In this document: positions 10,231-20,232 of the stretch, piece by piece
Layout of the letters: every line of letters starts with the position of its first letter
Numbering within the stretch: the stretch's first letter is position 1
Source of the DNA: Pasteurella multocida
GTDB taxonomy: Bacteria > Pseudomonadota > Gammaproteobacteria > Enterobacterales > Pasteurellaceae
Reading direction: 5' to 3'
Length of the DNA: 32,000 bases
NCBI RefSeq assembly: GCF_900187275.1
Contig: NZ_LT906458.1
Coordinates: 1,440,001-1,472,000, forward strand
Program-made: the position numbers and the translations under genes
Notes under the pieces: model-generated
The model's database searches: none
Told to the model about the DNA's origin: nothing
Seen by the model: only the letters and a program-made list of their open reading frames with translations

Positions 10231-12633
10231 ATGGCAAAAATCAAAAACAATCCACATTTGCAAGATCCAAACTATCAAGAAGAACTCGCAAAATATGAGA
10301 ACCCGATCCCAAGTCGCGAATTTATTCTTGATACAATTCGTCAACATAATGCACCTATCTCAAAAGAAGAATTACTGACCACATTTGCTATTCAAAATGA
10401 AGAACAACAAGAAGCCATGCGCCGTCGCTTAAGAGCGATGGAAAATGACGGACAATTGGTTTTCACTAAACGTAAACGCTACGCTTTACCGGAAAAACTG
10501 GATTTATTAAAAGGGACCGTATTAGGTCATCGTGATGGTTATGGTTTTTTACAAGTCGAAGGTAAAGACAGCGATTGGTTTATACCCAACAGCCAAATGC
10601 AGCGAGTAATGCACGGTGACTATGTCCTCGCCCAACCTAGCGGTTTTGACCGTCGTGGTCGCCAAGAAGTGCGGATTGTCCGCGTCTTACAACAGCGTAA
10701 AAAACAGATTGTTGGTCGTTTTTTCTTAGAAGATGGTATTGGTTATGTAGTACCTGACGATAGTCGAATTAATCGCGACATTTTAATTCCGAATGAACAC
10801 CGCCAAGGCGCTCGTATGGGACAAGTGGTTGTAGTTGAATTAAAACCACGTACCGCAACATTTAGCCAACCTGTTGGAATGATTAGCGAAATTCTCGGTG
10901 AAAATATGGCAAAAGGGATGGAGGTGGAAATTGCTATCCGTAATCATGATATTCCCCATGTTTTTCCAGACGCGGTCCTCAAACAAGTTTCTAAACTGAG
11001 TGAAGAAGTACCGGAAGAAGCCAAATCAGGACGTATTGATTTACGCCATCTTCCGTTAGTCACCATTGATGGTGAAGATGCTCGCGATTTTGACGATGCG
11101 GTTTTTTGCCAGAAAAAACGTGGAGGCGGTTGGAAACTGTGGGTTGCCATTGCCGATGTCAGCTACTATGTTCGTTTACGTACTGCCCTTGATACCGAAG
11201 CACATGCGCGTGGAAACTCGGTATATTTCCCAAATCGCGTTGTTCCTATGCTACCGGAAATCCTCTCCAATGGACTTTGTTCATTAAACCCACAAGTCGA
11301 TCGCTTATGTATGGTCTGTGAGCTGAATGTTTCAGCAAAAGGTAAAATCACAGGCTATGAATTTTATGAAGCGGTCATGAACTCTCATGCTCGCTTAACC
11401 TATACCAAAGTTGCTCGTATTTTAGAGGACGATGAAGAACTTTGTACTCGTTATCAAGCACTGGTTCCCCATTTAAAAGAACTCCATGTAATGTACCAAG
11501 CCTTAGTGGAAGCCCGTCATCAACGTGGCGCCATTGACTTTGAAACCATTGAAAGTAAGTTTGTGTTTAATGAAATGGGGCGAATCGAACGGATTGAGCC
11601 TGTTATTCGTAATGATGCGCATAAAATCATTGAAGAATGTATGATCCTCGCCAATATTGCGGCGGCAAACTTTATGGAAAAACATCAAGAGCCAGCCCTT
11701 TTCCGTATTCATGCGGGTCCAAGCGAAGAAAAAGTGACGGGCTTCCGCCAATTCCTCAGTGAATGTGGTTTAAGCCTTGAAGGTGGCAGTAAACCAAGTA
11801 CCGCAGACTACGCTAAATTATTGGAGCAAATTCGCGAACGTCCAGATCATGAGTTATTGCAAACCATGTTATTACGTTCGTTAAGTCAAGCCGTTTATCA
11901 TCCTGACAATATTGGGCACTTTGGGCTTGCACTCGAAGAATATGCGCATTTTACTTCGCCAATTCGCCGTTATCCTGATTTGACTTTGCATCGTGGGATT
12001 AAATACTTGTTAGCCAAACTAAAAGGCTCGAAACGGAGAACCACTGATACGGGAGGGTATCACTATACACTTGATGACATGGATGTATTAGGCGACCACT
12101 GCTCCATGACAGAACGACGGGCCGATGATGCCACTCGTGATGTTGCAGACTGGCTAAAATGCGAATATATGCAAGATCATGTAGGCGAAGAATTTACAGG
12201 TGTGATTTCATCTGTGACAGGTTTTGGCTTATTTGTCCGCTTAGATGACCTCTTTATTGATGGCTTAGTCCACATTTCTACCTTAGATAACGACTACTAC
12301 CAATTTGATCTCGCTCGACAACGTTTAATCGGTGAAAATAGTGGTATGATCTACCGCATTGGCGATAAGGTAAAAATCCGTGTGGAAGCAGTTAGCCTTG
12401 AACAACGCCAAGTGGATTTTTCTTTAGTGTCGAGTGAGCGTAAACCATTACGAGAAGGCAAAACAGCCAAAGACAAGCTCAAGAAAAATGCACGCTACGC
12501 TGAAAGTCTCGAAAAACAACGCCATAAACGTAAACCAAGCACCAGTAAAAGTGCGGTAAGAAAAACAAGCGTTGTTAAACCATCAACAACCACGAAAAAA
12601 GCCAGTAAGAAATCAGCTAAAAAGAGAAAGTAG
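10231..12633 (+). CDS. rnr: Ribonuclease R (RNB-family 3'-5' exoribonuclease)
   Basis: It has an RNB catalytic core ([14 protein letters not shown]), N-terminal OB/cold-shock domains, a C-terminal S1 domain and a Lys-rich tail. I place the start at ATG 10231 (GGGAG 5 nt upstream) rather than the TTG at 10069 in the ORF track. Confidence 0.93.
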   Translation: MAKIKNNPHLQDPNYQEELAKYENPIPSREFILDTIRQHNAPISKEELLTTFAIQNEEQQEAMRRRLRAMENDGQLVFTKRKRYALPEKLDLLKGTVLGHRDGYGFLQVEGKDSDWFIPNSQMQRVMHGDYVLAQPSGFDRRGRQEVRIVRVLQQRKKQIVGRFFLEDGIGYVVPDDSRINRDILIPNEHRQGARMGQVVVVELKPRTATFSQPVGMISEILGENMAKGMEVEIAIRNHDIPHVFPDAVLKQVSKLSEEVPEEAKSGRIDLRHLPLVTIDGEDARDFDDAVFCQKKRGGGWKLWVAIADVSYYVRLRTALDTEAHARGNSVYFPNRVVPMLPEILSNGLCSLNPQVDRLCMVCELNVSAKGKITGYEFYEAVMNSHARLTYTKVARILEDDEELCTRYQALVPHLKELHVMYQALVEARHQRGAIDFETIESKFVFNEMGRIERIEPVIRNDAHKIIEECMILANIAAANFMEKHQEPALFRIHAGPSEEKVTGFRQFLSECGLSLEGGSKPSTADYAKLLEQIRERPDHELLQTMLLRSLSQAVYHPDNIGHFGLALEEYAHFTSPIRRYPDLTLHRGIKYLLAKLKGSKRRTTDTGGYHYTLDDMDVLGDHCSMTERRADDATRDVADWLKCEYMQDHVGEEFTGVISSVTGFGLFVRLDDLFIDGLVHISTLDNDYYQFDLARQRLIGENSGMIYRIGDKVKIRVEAVSLEQRQVDFSLVSSERKPLREGKTAKDKLKKNARYAESLEKQRHKRKPSTSKSAVRKTSVVKPSTTTKKASKKSAKKRK

Positions 12634-13371
12634 ATGAGTGAAAATATTTATGGCATTCATGCAGTAAGTGCCTTTTTAAACAACGCGCCAGAGCGTTTAA
12701 TTGAAGTTTATGCACTCAAAGGGCGCGACGATAAACGTTTACAACCTTTGCTCAATGAACTTCATCGGTTGGGTATTACTATCCAATTTGTTAATCGCCA
12801 AACCCTTGATAAAAAAGCAGAGGGCGAAGTACACCAAGGCATCATGGCACGTGTTCAGCCAGCGAAAGAATTGAATGAAGCAGATTTAGATACGCTTTTA
12901 CAAAATCAGTCCAATCCGTTGCTATTAGTGTTAGATGGTGTGACTGATCCACATAACTTAGGTGCTTGTTTGCGTACTGCGGATGCAGCGGGCGTGTGTG
13001 CTGTGATAGTACCAAAAGATAAATCTGCCCAATTAACCGCTATCGCACGTAAAGTAGCTTGTGGTGCCGCTGAAGTCGTGCCATTAATCCGTGTAACCAA
13101 CCTCGCGCGCACTTTGCGTGAATTACAGCAGAAGCACAACATTTGGGTGGTTGGTACTGCAGGTGAAGCCACAAATACGCTCTATCAAACGCAATTAACA
13201 GGGGGCTTAGCCCTTGTAATGGGAGCGGAAGGTGAAGGGATGCGTCGTTTAACGCGTGAGCATTGTGATCAACTGATTAGTATTCCAATGGCGGGTTCAG
13301 TCTCTTCGCTGAATGTTTCTGTGGCGACAGGGGTTTGCTTATTTGAAATTGTCAGACAGCGTTTAGCTTAA
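12634..13371 (+). CDS. rlmB: 23S rRNA (guanosine-2'-O)-methyltransferase RlmB (SpoU/TrmH family)
   Basis: 245 aa SpoU-class SPOUT methyltransferase ([27 protein letters not shown]). Its start abuts the rnr stop (TAGATG), matching the conserved rnr-rlmB pairing. Confidence 0.9.
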   Translation: MSENIYGIHAVSAFLNNAPERLIEVYALKGRDDKRLQPLLNELHRLGITIQFVNRQTLDKKAEGEVHQGIMARVQPAKELNEADLDTLLQNQSNPLLLVLDGVTDPHNLGACLRTADAAGVCAVIVPKDKSAQLTAIARKVACGAAEVVPLIRVTNLARTLRELQQKHNIWVVGTAGEATNTLYQTQLTGGLALVMGAEGEGMRRLTREHCDQLISIPMAGSVSSLNVSVATGVCLFEIVRQRLA

Positions 13372-13404
13372 ACTGAGAGTAAAACTGAGCGCACTTTATT
13401 GCCA

Positions 13405-13442
13405 TAAAAAAGCGTAATGAAATTTTTCATTACGCTTTTTGT
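13405..13442. terminator. Bidirectional rho-independent terminator between rlmB and sodC
   Basis: AGCGTAATGAAA pairs with TTTCATTACGCT, with an A-run on one side and a T-run on the other. Confidence 0.8.
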
Positions 13443-13455
13443 TCATTAATACGCT

Positions 13456-14016
13456 TTATTTGATCACACCGCAAGCCATACGTGGACCGCCACCACCTAA
13501 TGGTGCTGGGTGATCATCATGGTTATCACCGCCCTCATGAATCATTAATGAACGCCCTTTCACGTCGTCCAAATGTTTCAAACGTGGCGCTAACACTGGG
13601 TTATTTGCAGTACCATCTTGGTTCACGACTAACGCAGGTAAATCACCTAAATGGGCATCATCCGACCACGGGTAACCATGTTTACCTGCATTTTTAGGAT
13701 CCCAATGTCCACCAGCTGCCAACCCCGCTACTAACTTGCCGTCTTTTTCTTTGGCATCGCAGCTTGGGTTTTGATGAATATGGAAACCATGCAAACCCGC
13801 CGTTAAATTTTTCAATTCTGGCGTAAAGACCAAACCATAAGCAGATTCAGTAATCACGACTTTACCGATTTCTTGATTACCTTTAACCGGATCCAGCAAC
13901 TCTACTTTCACTTCTAGCATTTCGCCGGTATGTTTATGTTCCACCGCATGATTATGCGCAAATGCAGAAGCCACCATACCACAAGAAAACATCAGGGCTA
14001 ATACTGTTTTTTTCAT
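13456..14016 (-). CDS. sodC: Periplasmic Cu,Zn superoxide dismutase
   Basis: 186 aa with a signal peptide, a His-rich N-terminal stretch (HNHAVEHKH) and metal-ligand motifs ([28 protein letters not shown]). Confidence 0.95.
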   Translation of the reverse strand: MKKTVLALMFSCGMVASAFAHNHAVEHKHTGEMLEVKVELLDPVKGNQEIGKVVITESAYGLVFTPELKNLTAGLHGFHIHQNPSCDAKEKDGKLVAGLAAGGHWDPKNAGKHGYPWSDDAHLGDLPALVVNQDGTANNPVLAPRLKHLDDVKGRSLMIHEGGDNHDDHPAPLGGGGPRMACGVIK

Positions 14017-14086
14017 ATTAATCTCCTTGTTGAGTGTAAAATAATGCTAAATCGCCGGGTTATTTTACTGCAATGATGGTGGCTTT

Positions 14087-16918
14087 TTAGCGCTTTTGTA
14101 AAAGCGTTTTTAAGAAGCGTGCGGTATGTGAACCTTTCACTTCAGCGACCTGTTCTGGTGTGCCTGTGGCAATAATTTGTCCACCGCCATTCCCCCCTTC
14201 AGGACCTAAATCAATAATCCAATCGGCTGTTTTGATCACATCTAAATTGTGCTCAATCACCACTATCGTATTGCCTTGATCACGTAAACGATGCAAGACT
14301 GTTAATAGCTGTTTAATATCAGCAAAATGTAAACCTGTCGTCGGTTCATCTAATACATACAAAGTTTTCCCTGTATCACGTTTTGAAAGCTCCGTTGCTA
14401 ATTTCACTCGTTGCGCTTCCCCACCCGATAACGTGGTCGAAGATTGTCCTAAACGAATATAGGATAAACCAACATCCATTAAAGTTTGTAATTTACGGGC
14501 GATCTGCGGAATCGCATCAAAAAACTCGCGCGCTTCTTCTACCGTCATTTCTAACACTTGATGAATCGTTTTACCTTTGTAACGGATCTCTAAGGTTTCT
14601 CGATTATAACGTTTTCCCTTACATTGCTCACAAGGCACATACACATCGGGCAAAAAGTGCATCTCTACTTTAATCACACCATCGCCTTGACAGGCCTCAC
14701 AGCGTCCACCGCGTACATTAAAACTAAAACGTCCGGGATTATAACCCCGGGCTCTCGACTCAGGCACGCCCGCAAATAATTCTCGAATCGGCGTAAATAA
14801 GCCAGTATAAGTGGCAGGATTCGAACGCGGTGTACGACCAATTGGACTTTGGTCAATATCAATTACTTTATCAAAAAATTCTAAACCCGAAATGGATTGA
14901 TAAGGCGCAAATTGCGTATTTTCCGCACGATTCAAGGCATTTTGTGCTAATGGGAACAACGTATCATTAATCAAGGTCGATTTCCCTGACCCCGAAACAC
15001 CTGTCACACAGGTAAACAATCCTACTGGAATGGCTAAATTCACTGATTTCAGATTATTCCCCGTTGCCCCTTCTAATTTCAGCATTTTTTTCTTATCAAG
15101 TGCGGTCCGTTTTGCGGGAATTTCGATTTTCTCGACCCCAGATAAAAATTTCCCCGTAATTGAGTGTGGATTAGCCATAATCGCCTTTGCCGAACCTTCT
15201 GCCACAATTTGCCCACCATGAACTCCTGCCCCGGGACCAATATCAATAATATGATCTGCCGCCATAATGGCATCTTCATCATGTTCTACCACAATCACGG
15301 TGTTCCCTAAGTTACGTAAGTGAAGCAATGTATTCAGTAATCGCTCATTATCACGTTGATGCAAACCAATAGACGGCTCATCTAGCACATACATCACCCC
15401 CACTAAACCCGCACCAATTTGACTGGCTAAACGAATTCGCTGTGCTTCCCCACCAGACAAGGTTTCTGCTGAACGAGAAAGTGAAAGATAATCCAACCCT
15501 ACATTGACTAAAAATTGTAAGCGCTCTTTAATTTCTTTTAAGATTTTCTCAGCAATTTGAGCTCTTTGCCCGCTTAAATGCAATTCACTAAAGAAATGCA
15601 ACGTTTCGCCAATACTCTTTTCTGCCACATCAGGTAAAGTGGTGGTGCCAATATACACATGACGTGCCTCTTGACGTAAACGTGAACCCCCACAATCATG
15701 GCAAGGACAGGTACTGATATTTTTCGCTAATTCTTCACGCACAGACAGCGATTCCGTTTCTTTATAACGGCGCGCCATATTATTTAGAATGCCTTCAAAT
15801 GCATGATGACGCACGACTACATCGCCGCGATCATTCATGTATTGAAACTCAATTTCTTCCTTACCTGAACCATTTAAAATAATCTGCTGGATTTTTTTCG
15901 GCAGTGCCTCAAAAGGTGATTCAATATCAAATTCATAATGCTTCGCTAAGGAGGTGAGCATTTGGTAGTAATAGAAGTTACGACGATCCCAGCCTTTTAC
16001 TGCGCCACTGGCTAACGAAATACTCGGGTTTTGCACCACGCGTTTTTCATCAAAATATTGTTGCACACCTAAGCCATCGCAAGTCGGACACGCCCCGGCG
16101 GGATTATTAAAAGAAAATAAACGAGGTTCTAATTCTGGCACGGAATACCCACAATGTGGACAAGCAAAATTAGCCGAAAAGACCAATTCTTCCGTTTCAG
16201 GCTCATCCATGGAAGCAACTACAGCGGTGCCACCAGATAATTCCAATGCTGTTTCAAAGGATTCTGCTAATCTTGTGGCTAAATCAGACCGCACCTTAAA
16301 ACGGTCCACAACCACTTCAATAGTATGTTTTTTATGTAATTCTAATTTAGGTGCATCAGATAAATCACAAATTTCACCGTCAATTCTGGCTCGAATATAA
16401 CCTTGGGCGGCAATTTGCTCTAATAATTTAACATGTTCACCCTTACGTTCTTTCACCACTGGAGCCAGCAACATCATTTTGCTTTCTTCAGGCAAACTCA
16501 ATACCTTATCCACCATCTGGCTAATGGTTTGTGCCGCTAAAGGCACATCATGATTCGGACAACGCGGTTCCCCTACTCGAGCAAAAAGAAGACGTAAGTA
16601 ATCATGAATTTCGGTGACCGTACCCACCGTTGAACGCGGATTATGTGAGGTAGATTTTTGTTCAATAGAAATCGCCGGCGATAATCCTTCAATATGATCC
16701 ACATCCGGCTTTTCCATTAGGGATAAGAATTGACGTGCATATGCCGACAAGGATTCTACATAACGGCGTTGTCCCTCAGCATACAGGGTATCAAAGGCTA
16801 AAGAAGATTTACCTGATCCCGATAATCCCGTAATCACAATTAATTTATCACGAGGAATAGTTAAATTAATATTTTTTAAATTATGGGTTCTCGCCCCACG
16901 TACCTCAATCTTATCCAT
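14087..16918 (-). CDS. uvrA: Excinuclease ABC subunit A
   Basis: 943 aa with two ABC modules ([18 protein letters not shown]; two LSGGE signatures) and CxxC zinc modules. Confidence 0.98.
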   Translation of the reverse strand: MDKIEVRGARTHNLKNINLTIPRDKLIVITGLSGSGKSSLAFDTLYAEGQRRYVESLSAYARQFLSLMEKPDVDHIEGLSPAISIEQKSTSHNPRSTVGTVTEIHDYLRLLFARVGEPRCPNHDVPLAAQTISQMVDKVLSLPEESKMMLLAPVVKERKGEHVKLLEQIAAQGYIRARIDGEICDLSDAPKLELHKKHTIEVVVDRFKVRSDLATRLAESFETALELSGGTAVVASMDEPETEELVFSANFACPHCGYSVPELEPRLFSFNNPAGACPTCDGLGVQQYFDEKRVVQNPSISLASGAVKGWDRRNFYYYQMLTSLAKHYEFDIESPFEALPKKIQQIILNGSGKEEIEFQYMNDRGDVVVRHHAFEGILNNMARRYKETESLSVREELAKNISTCPCHDCGGSRLRQEARHVYIGTTTLPDVAEKSIGETLHFFSELHLSGQRAQIAEKILKEIKERLQFLVNVGLDYLSLSRSAETLSGGEAQRIRLASQIGAGLVGVMYVLDEPSIGLHQRDNERLLNTLLHLRNLGNTVIVVEHDEDAIMAADHIIDIGPGAGVHGGQIVAEGSAKAIMANPHSITGKFLSGVEKIEIPAKRTALDKKKMLKLEGATGNNLKSVNLAIPVGLFTCVTGVSGSGKSTLINDTLFPLAQNALNRAENTQFAPYQSISGLEFFDKVIDIDQSPIGRTPRSNPATYTGLFTPIRELFAGVPESRARGYNPGRFSFNVRGGRCEACQGDGVIKVEMHFLPDVYVPCEQCKGKRYNRETLEIRYKGKTIHQVLEMTVEEAREFFDAIPQIARKLQTLMDVGLSYIRLGQSSTTLSGGEAQRVKLATELSKRDTGKTLYVLDEPTTGLHFADIKQLLTVLHRLRDQGNTIVVIEHNLDVIKTADWIIDLGPEGGNGGGQIIATGTPEQVAEVKGSHTARFLKTLLQKR

Positions 16919-16950
16919 AAATACAAAAAGCCATCAAAAATTGTCCAAAT

Positions 16951-16966
16951 TGCGTTCATTATCGCA
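16951..16966. promoter_or_regulatory. CRP-S-like (Sxy-dependent competence) CRP site upstream of ssb
   Basis: TGCGT-TCATTA-TCGCA matches the TGCGA-N6-TCGCA core with one mismatch. ssb is a reported member of the H. influenzae competence regulon. Confidence 0.45.
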
Positions 16967-16979
16967 CATTCTGAAATAA

Positions 16980-16995
16980 CTGTGCAAATATCCAG
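16980..16995. promoter_or_regulatory. LexA (SOS) box in the uvrA-ssb divergent region
   Basis: CTGTGCAAATATCCAG fits CTG-N10-CAG, in the same intergenic position as the E. coli uvrA/ssb SOS box. Confidence 0.5.
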
Positions 16996-17089
16996 TTAAT
17001 CTTATTTTTTAACATAGATCTTTTTCTCATTTTAGGGCAAAATAGTCAAAATGATCAGCACAATTTGAAAGAAAACGTAAGAGGACTAT

Positions 17090-17590
17090 ATGGCTGGAGT
17101 AAATAAAGTAATTATTGTAGGAAACTTAGGTAACGATCCTGAAATCCGCACAATGCCAAATGGTGAAGCCGTAGCCAATATCAGCGTCGCGACCAGTGAA
17201 AGCTGGATCGACAAAAATACTAACGAACGTCGTGAAGTCACCGAATGGCATCGCATCGTATTCTACCGTCGCCAAGCTGAAGTGGCTGGGGAATATCTGC
17301 GTAAAGGTTCAAAAGTGTATGTAGAAGGGCGCCTAAAAACCCGTAAATGGCAAGACCAAAATGGGCAAGACCGCTACACTACCGAGATCCAAGGCGACGT
17401 GTTGCAAATGCTCGACAGCCGTAACGAACGTCAACAAACCGGCGGCTATGCCCCACAAACCGCTTCGCCACAATATAATGCCCCAACAGGTGGCTACGGC
17501 GCACAACCTTCTCGTCCAGCGACAAAACCCGCTCCACAAAACGAACCTCCAATGGACATGGGCTTTGAGGAAGATAATATTCCGTTTTAA
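17090..17590 (+). CDS. ssb: Single-stranded DNA-binding protein
   Basis: 166 aa with an OB-fold N-terminus ([15 protein letters not shown]), a Gly/Pro/Gln linker and an acidic tip ending in DNIPF. Confidence 0.97.
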   Translation: MAGVNKVIIVGNLGNDPEIRTMPNGEAVANISVATSESWIDKNTNERREVTEWHRIVFYRRQAEVAGEYLRKGSKVYVEGRLKTRKWQDQNGQDRYTTEIQGDVLQMLDSRNERQQTGGYAPQTASPQYNAPTGGYGAQPSRPATKPAPQNEPPMDMGFEEDNIPF

Positions 17591-17599
17591 CCATAAAAA

Positions 17600-17630
17600 A
17601 ACAACCCCTAGCAATGTTAGGGGTTGTTTT
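17600..17630 (+). terminator. ssb rho-independent terminator
   Basis: AACAACCCCTA pairs with TAGGGGTTGTT across a 7-nt loop, followed by a T-run. Confidence 0.8.
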
Positions 17631-17715
17631 AATTATAGCTAGACAAAGTCTAGCTATAAAAACCATACGCTTTGCGTATGGAACAGAAAAGCTTAAGCGG
17701 TGAGCAGAACAAAAC

Positions 17716-17767
17716 ATCCTCCTATAATGAACAAGGCTGACAACCAAAATTCAACATATAGGAGGAT
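17716..17767 (+). promoter_or_regulatory. RBS-occluding stem-loop of IS200 tnpA
   Basis: ATCCTCCTATA (17716-17726) pairs perfectly with TATAGGAGGAT (17757-17767). This buries the AGGAGG Shine-Dalgarno sequence 6 nt before ATG 17773. Confidence 0.75.
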
Positions 17768-17772
17768 AAGTC

Positions 17773-18237
17773 ATGGCAAGTAAATCCAATGACGATTCAA
17801 GTCTATCACACACAAGATGGAACTGTAAGTACCACATAGTCTTTATCCCTAAGTATAGGAGAAAAGCAATTTATGGAAAATTGCGAGTTGATATAGGAGG
17901 GATACTAAGACAATTATGTCACTACAAGAATGTAGAGATAATAGAGGCATATGCAATGAAAGAGCATATCCATATGCTGTTAAGGATACCTCCGAAACTG
18001 GCCGTTTCAAGTTTTATGGGGTATTTAAAAGGTAAGTCATCGCTAATGATATTTGAAAGACATGCAAATTTGAAATATAAGTATGGGAATCGAAATTTTT
18101 GGGCGAAAGGCTATTATGTAAGTACAGTAGGTTTAAATACAAAAATTGTAGAGGAATATATCCGAAATCAGGAAAAGGAAGATATGATTCAGGATAATTT
18201 ATCGAAGAAAGAATATATGGACCCCTTTAAGGGGTAG
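17773..18237 (+). CDS. tnpA: IS200/IS605-family Y1 (HUH) transposase TnpA
   Basis: 154 aa with an HUH motif (EHIHMLL), a catalytic Tyr region (EEYIRNQE) and the typical N-terminus (HTRWNCKYHIVFIPKYRRK). Confidence 0.95.
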   Translation: MASKSNDDSSLSHTRWNCKYHIVFIPKYRRKAIYGKLRVDIGGILRQLCHYKNVEIIEAYAMKEHIHMLLRIPPKLAVSSFMGYLKGKSSLMIFERHANLKYKYGNRNFWAKGYYVSTVGLNTKIVEEYIRNQEKEDMIQDNLSKKEYMDPFKG

Positions 18238-18393
18238 GCAACAGAGTTATTGAACGGTTGTCAGAATTCACATGCCCCTTGAGGGGCATGTGAAGTACTA
18301 GGCCCTTATAGGGTGGCCTAAAAACCGCCCGTTTTACGGGCGGATTGTTATTCATCCTCCAGATGGCTCAAACACACATGCAATCTCTTCCTT

Positions 18394-18700
18394 TCATGAC
18401 AAAATCGTGCGTATGACATGATTAAAAATATCCATATCCAATTTATCTGAATCTAGGTTCCCATCTGTAATAAAAAGCGGTGAACTGGCAGCAAAAACAA
18501 CTAGAAGCGTATCCTCACTGAGTTTTGCTTTCTTCTTGTTGTGTAATATCAAACAGGTCTTCCAACCCTAAATAATTGTAAATATCGCCATCATAAAGAG
18601 ATAACGACTTATGTTTCAAGGTGATTTTCTGTGCTATTTCAGGCAGTTGATAGCACTTATGTTTATACCAAGTAAATTTTTGGCTGTCGATTACTAAGGG
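18394..18700 (-). pseudogene. Decayed small ORF of unknown family (no start codon, one frameshift)
   Basis: Two overlapping open frames on the - strand were read by hand. Frame A spans 18700-18515 (..FTWYKHKCYQLPEIAQKITLKHKSLSLYDGDIYNYLGLEDLFDITQQEESKTQ*). Frame B spans 18567-18394 (..SEDTLLVVFAASSPLFITDGNLDSDKLDMDIFNHVIRTILS*). Neither has an ATG, GTG or TTG start with an RBS. Confidence 0.25.
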
Positions 18701-18762
18701 TTAATCCCCTTACTCAAAAAGGCACGCGCAATCTTTAAGAACAAAAGAACAATCCACTTATA

Positions 18763-18801
18763 AAAGTGCGGTGAATTTTTACTTAAAGTCAACCGCACTT
18801 T
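18763..18801 (-). terminator. Inverted USS pair hairpin downstream of folD
   Basis: AAAGTGCGGT (18763-18772) pairs with ACCGCACTTT (18792-18801), placed 13 nt after the folD stop. Confidence 0.6.
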
Positions 18802-18813
18802 GCTACACCAATT

Positions 18814-19668
18814 CTAAGAGGCTATTTTCATTTCATACGCTGACAAGGTATTAAACATTAACATTGCCACCGTCATGGGACCTACACCACCAGGAACGGG
18901 TGTAATGTATCCTGCTTTTTCAAGTGCCACATCGTATTCCACATCGCCGACTAATTTCCCTTCCTGACGGTTAATCCCGACATCAATCACAATTGCCCCC
19001 GCTTTGATCCAATCGCCCGGAATAAACTTCGGTTTGCCCACCGCAACCACAAGAATATCCGCTTGACGAACGTGATGTGCGAGATCTTTGGTAAAACGAT
19101 GCGTTACGGTGACAGTACAGCCTGCCAATAACAACTCAAGTGCCATCGGGCGTCCCACTATATTTGATGCACCGACAATCACTGCATGCTTACCGTGTAA
19201 ATCAATCCCCGTGGTTTCGAGCAATTTCATCACGCCATAAGGCGTGCAAGCACGTAAAGTCGGAATACGTTGACATAAACGCCCCACATTATAAGGATGA
19301 AAACCATCTACATCTTTTTCAGGCGTAATACGTTCAATCACTTTTGTGCTATCAATATGTTTAGGAAGTGGTAATTGTACTAAAATCCCATCTACCGTCG
19401 TATCTGCATTTAATTCATCAATTAATGCCAATAATTCACTTTCTTGCGTGGTTTCAGGTAAATCATAGGATTTTGACTGGATCCCAATTTCTGCACAACT
19501 TTTACGCTTACTTCCTACATAGACTTGAGAAGCCGGATCCGCCCCCACGAGAATCACCGCTAAACCCGGTGAGCGTTTGCCCTGCTGAGTATAGGTTTCG
19601 ATTTTTTGTGCTACTTGGGATTTAATTGTTTTCGAGAGTTCTGTGCCAGAAATCACTTGTGCAGTCAT
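18814..19668 (-). CDS. folD: Bifunctional methylenetetrahydrofolate dehydrogenase / methenyl-THF cyclohydrolase
   Basis: 284 aa with family motifs ([34 protein letters not shown]) and an AAGGA RBS. Confidence 0.97.
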
Positions 19669-19691
19669 GACTTTATCCTTTATTTACGTGA

Positions 19692-19707
19692 AAGAAAACG
19701 TTTGCTA
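19692..19707 (-). promoter_or_regulatory. PurR-type PUR box upstream of folD
   Basis: The - strand reads TAGCAAACGTTTTCTT, matching 14 of 16 positions of the recalled PUR box ACGCAAACGTTTTCNT. It lies 24-39 nt upstream of the folD ATG. Confidence 0.4.
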
Positions 19708-19785
19708 TTCTCGCAAAAAACGCCTGTAAATGTAAGTCAAATTGAGATAAATTTAAGCGTTTGATTGAAAAATAGAAAAAAGTCA

Positions 19786-19813
19786 TTGACTGGAATTAAA
19801 AGAAAACTATAAT
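19786..19813 (+). promoter_or_regulatory. Sigma70 promoter of the tRNA-Pro/tRNA-Arg operon
   Basis: TTGACT (19786-19791), a 16-nt spacer, then consensus TATAAT (19808-19813), 14 nt before the tRNA-Pro 5' end. Confidence 0.7.
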
Positions 19814-19826
19814 GCTACACATTCGT

Positions 19827-19903
19827 CGGCGAGTAGCGCAGCTTGGTAGCGCAACTGGTTTGGGACCAGTGGGTCGTAGGTTCAAATCCTATCTCGCCGA
19901 CCA
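19827..19903 (+). tRNA. tRNA-Pro (anticodon UGG)
   Basis: 77 nt. The acceptor CGGCGAG pairs with CTCGCCG, the anticodon loop is TTTGGGA, and CCA is encoded. It is near-identical to E. coli proM as recalled. Confidence 0.95.
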
Positions 19904-19933
19904 CTTCTTTTCTTCCCCGTATCCATTTGAAAT

Positions 19934-20010
19934 GCGCCCTTAGCTCAGCTGGATAGAGCAACGGCCTTCTAAGCCGTAGGTCATTGGTTCGAATCCAATA
20001 GGGCGTGCCA
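19934..20010 (+). tRNA. tRNA-Arg (anticodon UCU)
   Basis: 77 nt. The acceptor GCGCCCT pairs with AGGGCGT (G1-U72), the anticodon loop is CTTCTAA, and CCA is encoded. It resembles E. coli argU. Confidence 0.95.
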
Positions 20011-20072
20011 TTAATTTTCTTATTCTCAACAAGTTCAATTCAAGTAATAAGCTTAGACCCTCATATTTATCC

Positions 20073-20224
20073 AATATCACTAATATCACTAATATCACTA
20101 ATATCACTAATATCACTAATATCACTAATATCACTAATATCACTAATATCACTAATATCACTAATATCACTAATATCACTAATATCACTAATATCACTAA
20201 TATCACTAATATCACTAATATCAC
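20073..20224. repeat. Perfect tandem array of the 9-mer AATATCACT (16 full copies plus an 8-nt partial)
   Basis: Counted base by base with no interruptions. It begins 63 bp after the tRNA-Arg 3' end. Confidence 0.98.
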
Positions 20225-20232
20225 ACACAATC

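Larger units (their letters stand above)
17632..18350 (+). mobile_element. IS200-type insertion sequence (IS200/IS605 family, tnpA only); ends approximate to +/-20 bp
   Basis: The ~0.72-kb unit holds a Y1 transposase gene. The left end has hairpins at 17634-17658 and 17663-17681. The right end has three consecutive hairpins at 18269-18292, 18299-18320 and 18325-18343. There are no terminal inverted repeats, as expected for this family. Confidence 0.85.

Noticed and set aside
14087-14110. Hairpin GCGCTTTT/AAAAGCG at the uvrA stop, considered as a uvrA terminator insulating sodC
   Set aside because: No T-run follows it on the transcribed (-) strand, so I cannot support it as an intrinsic terminator.
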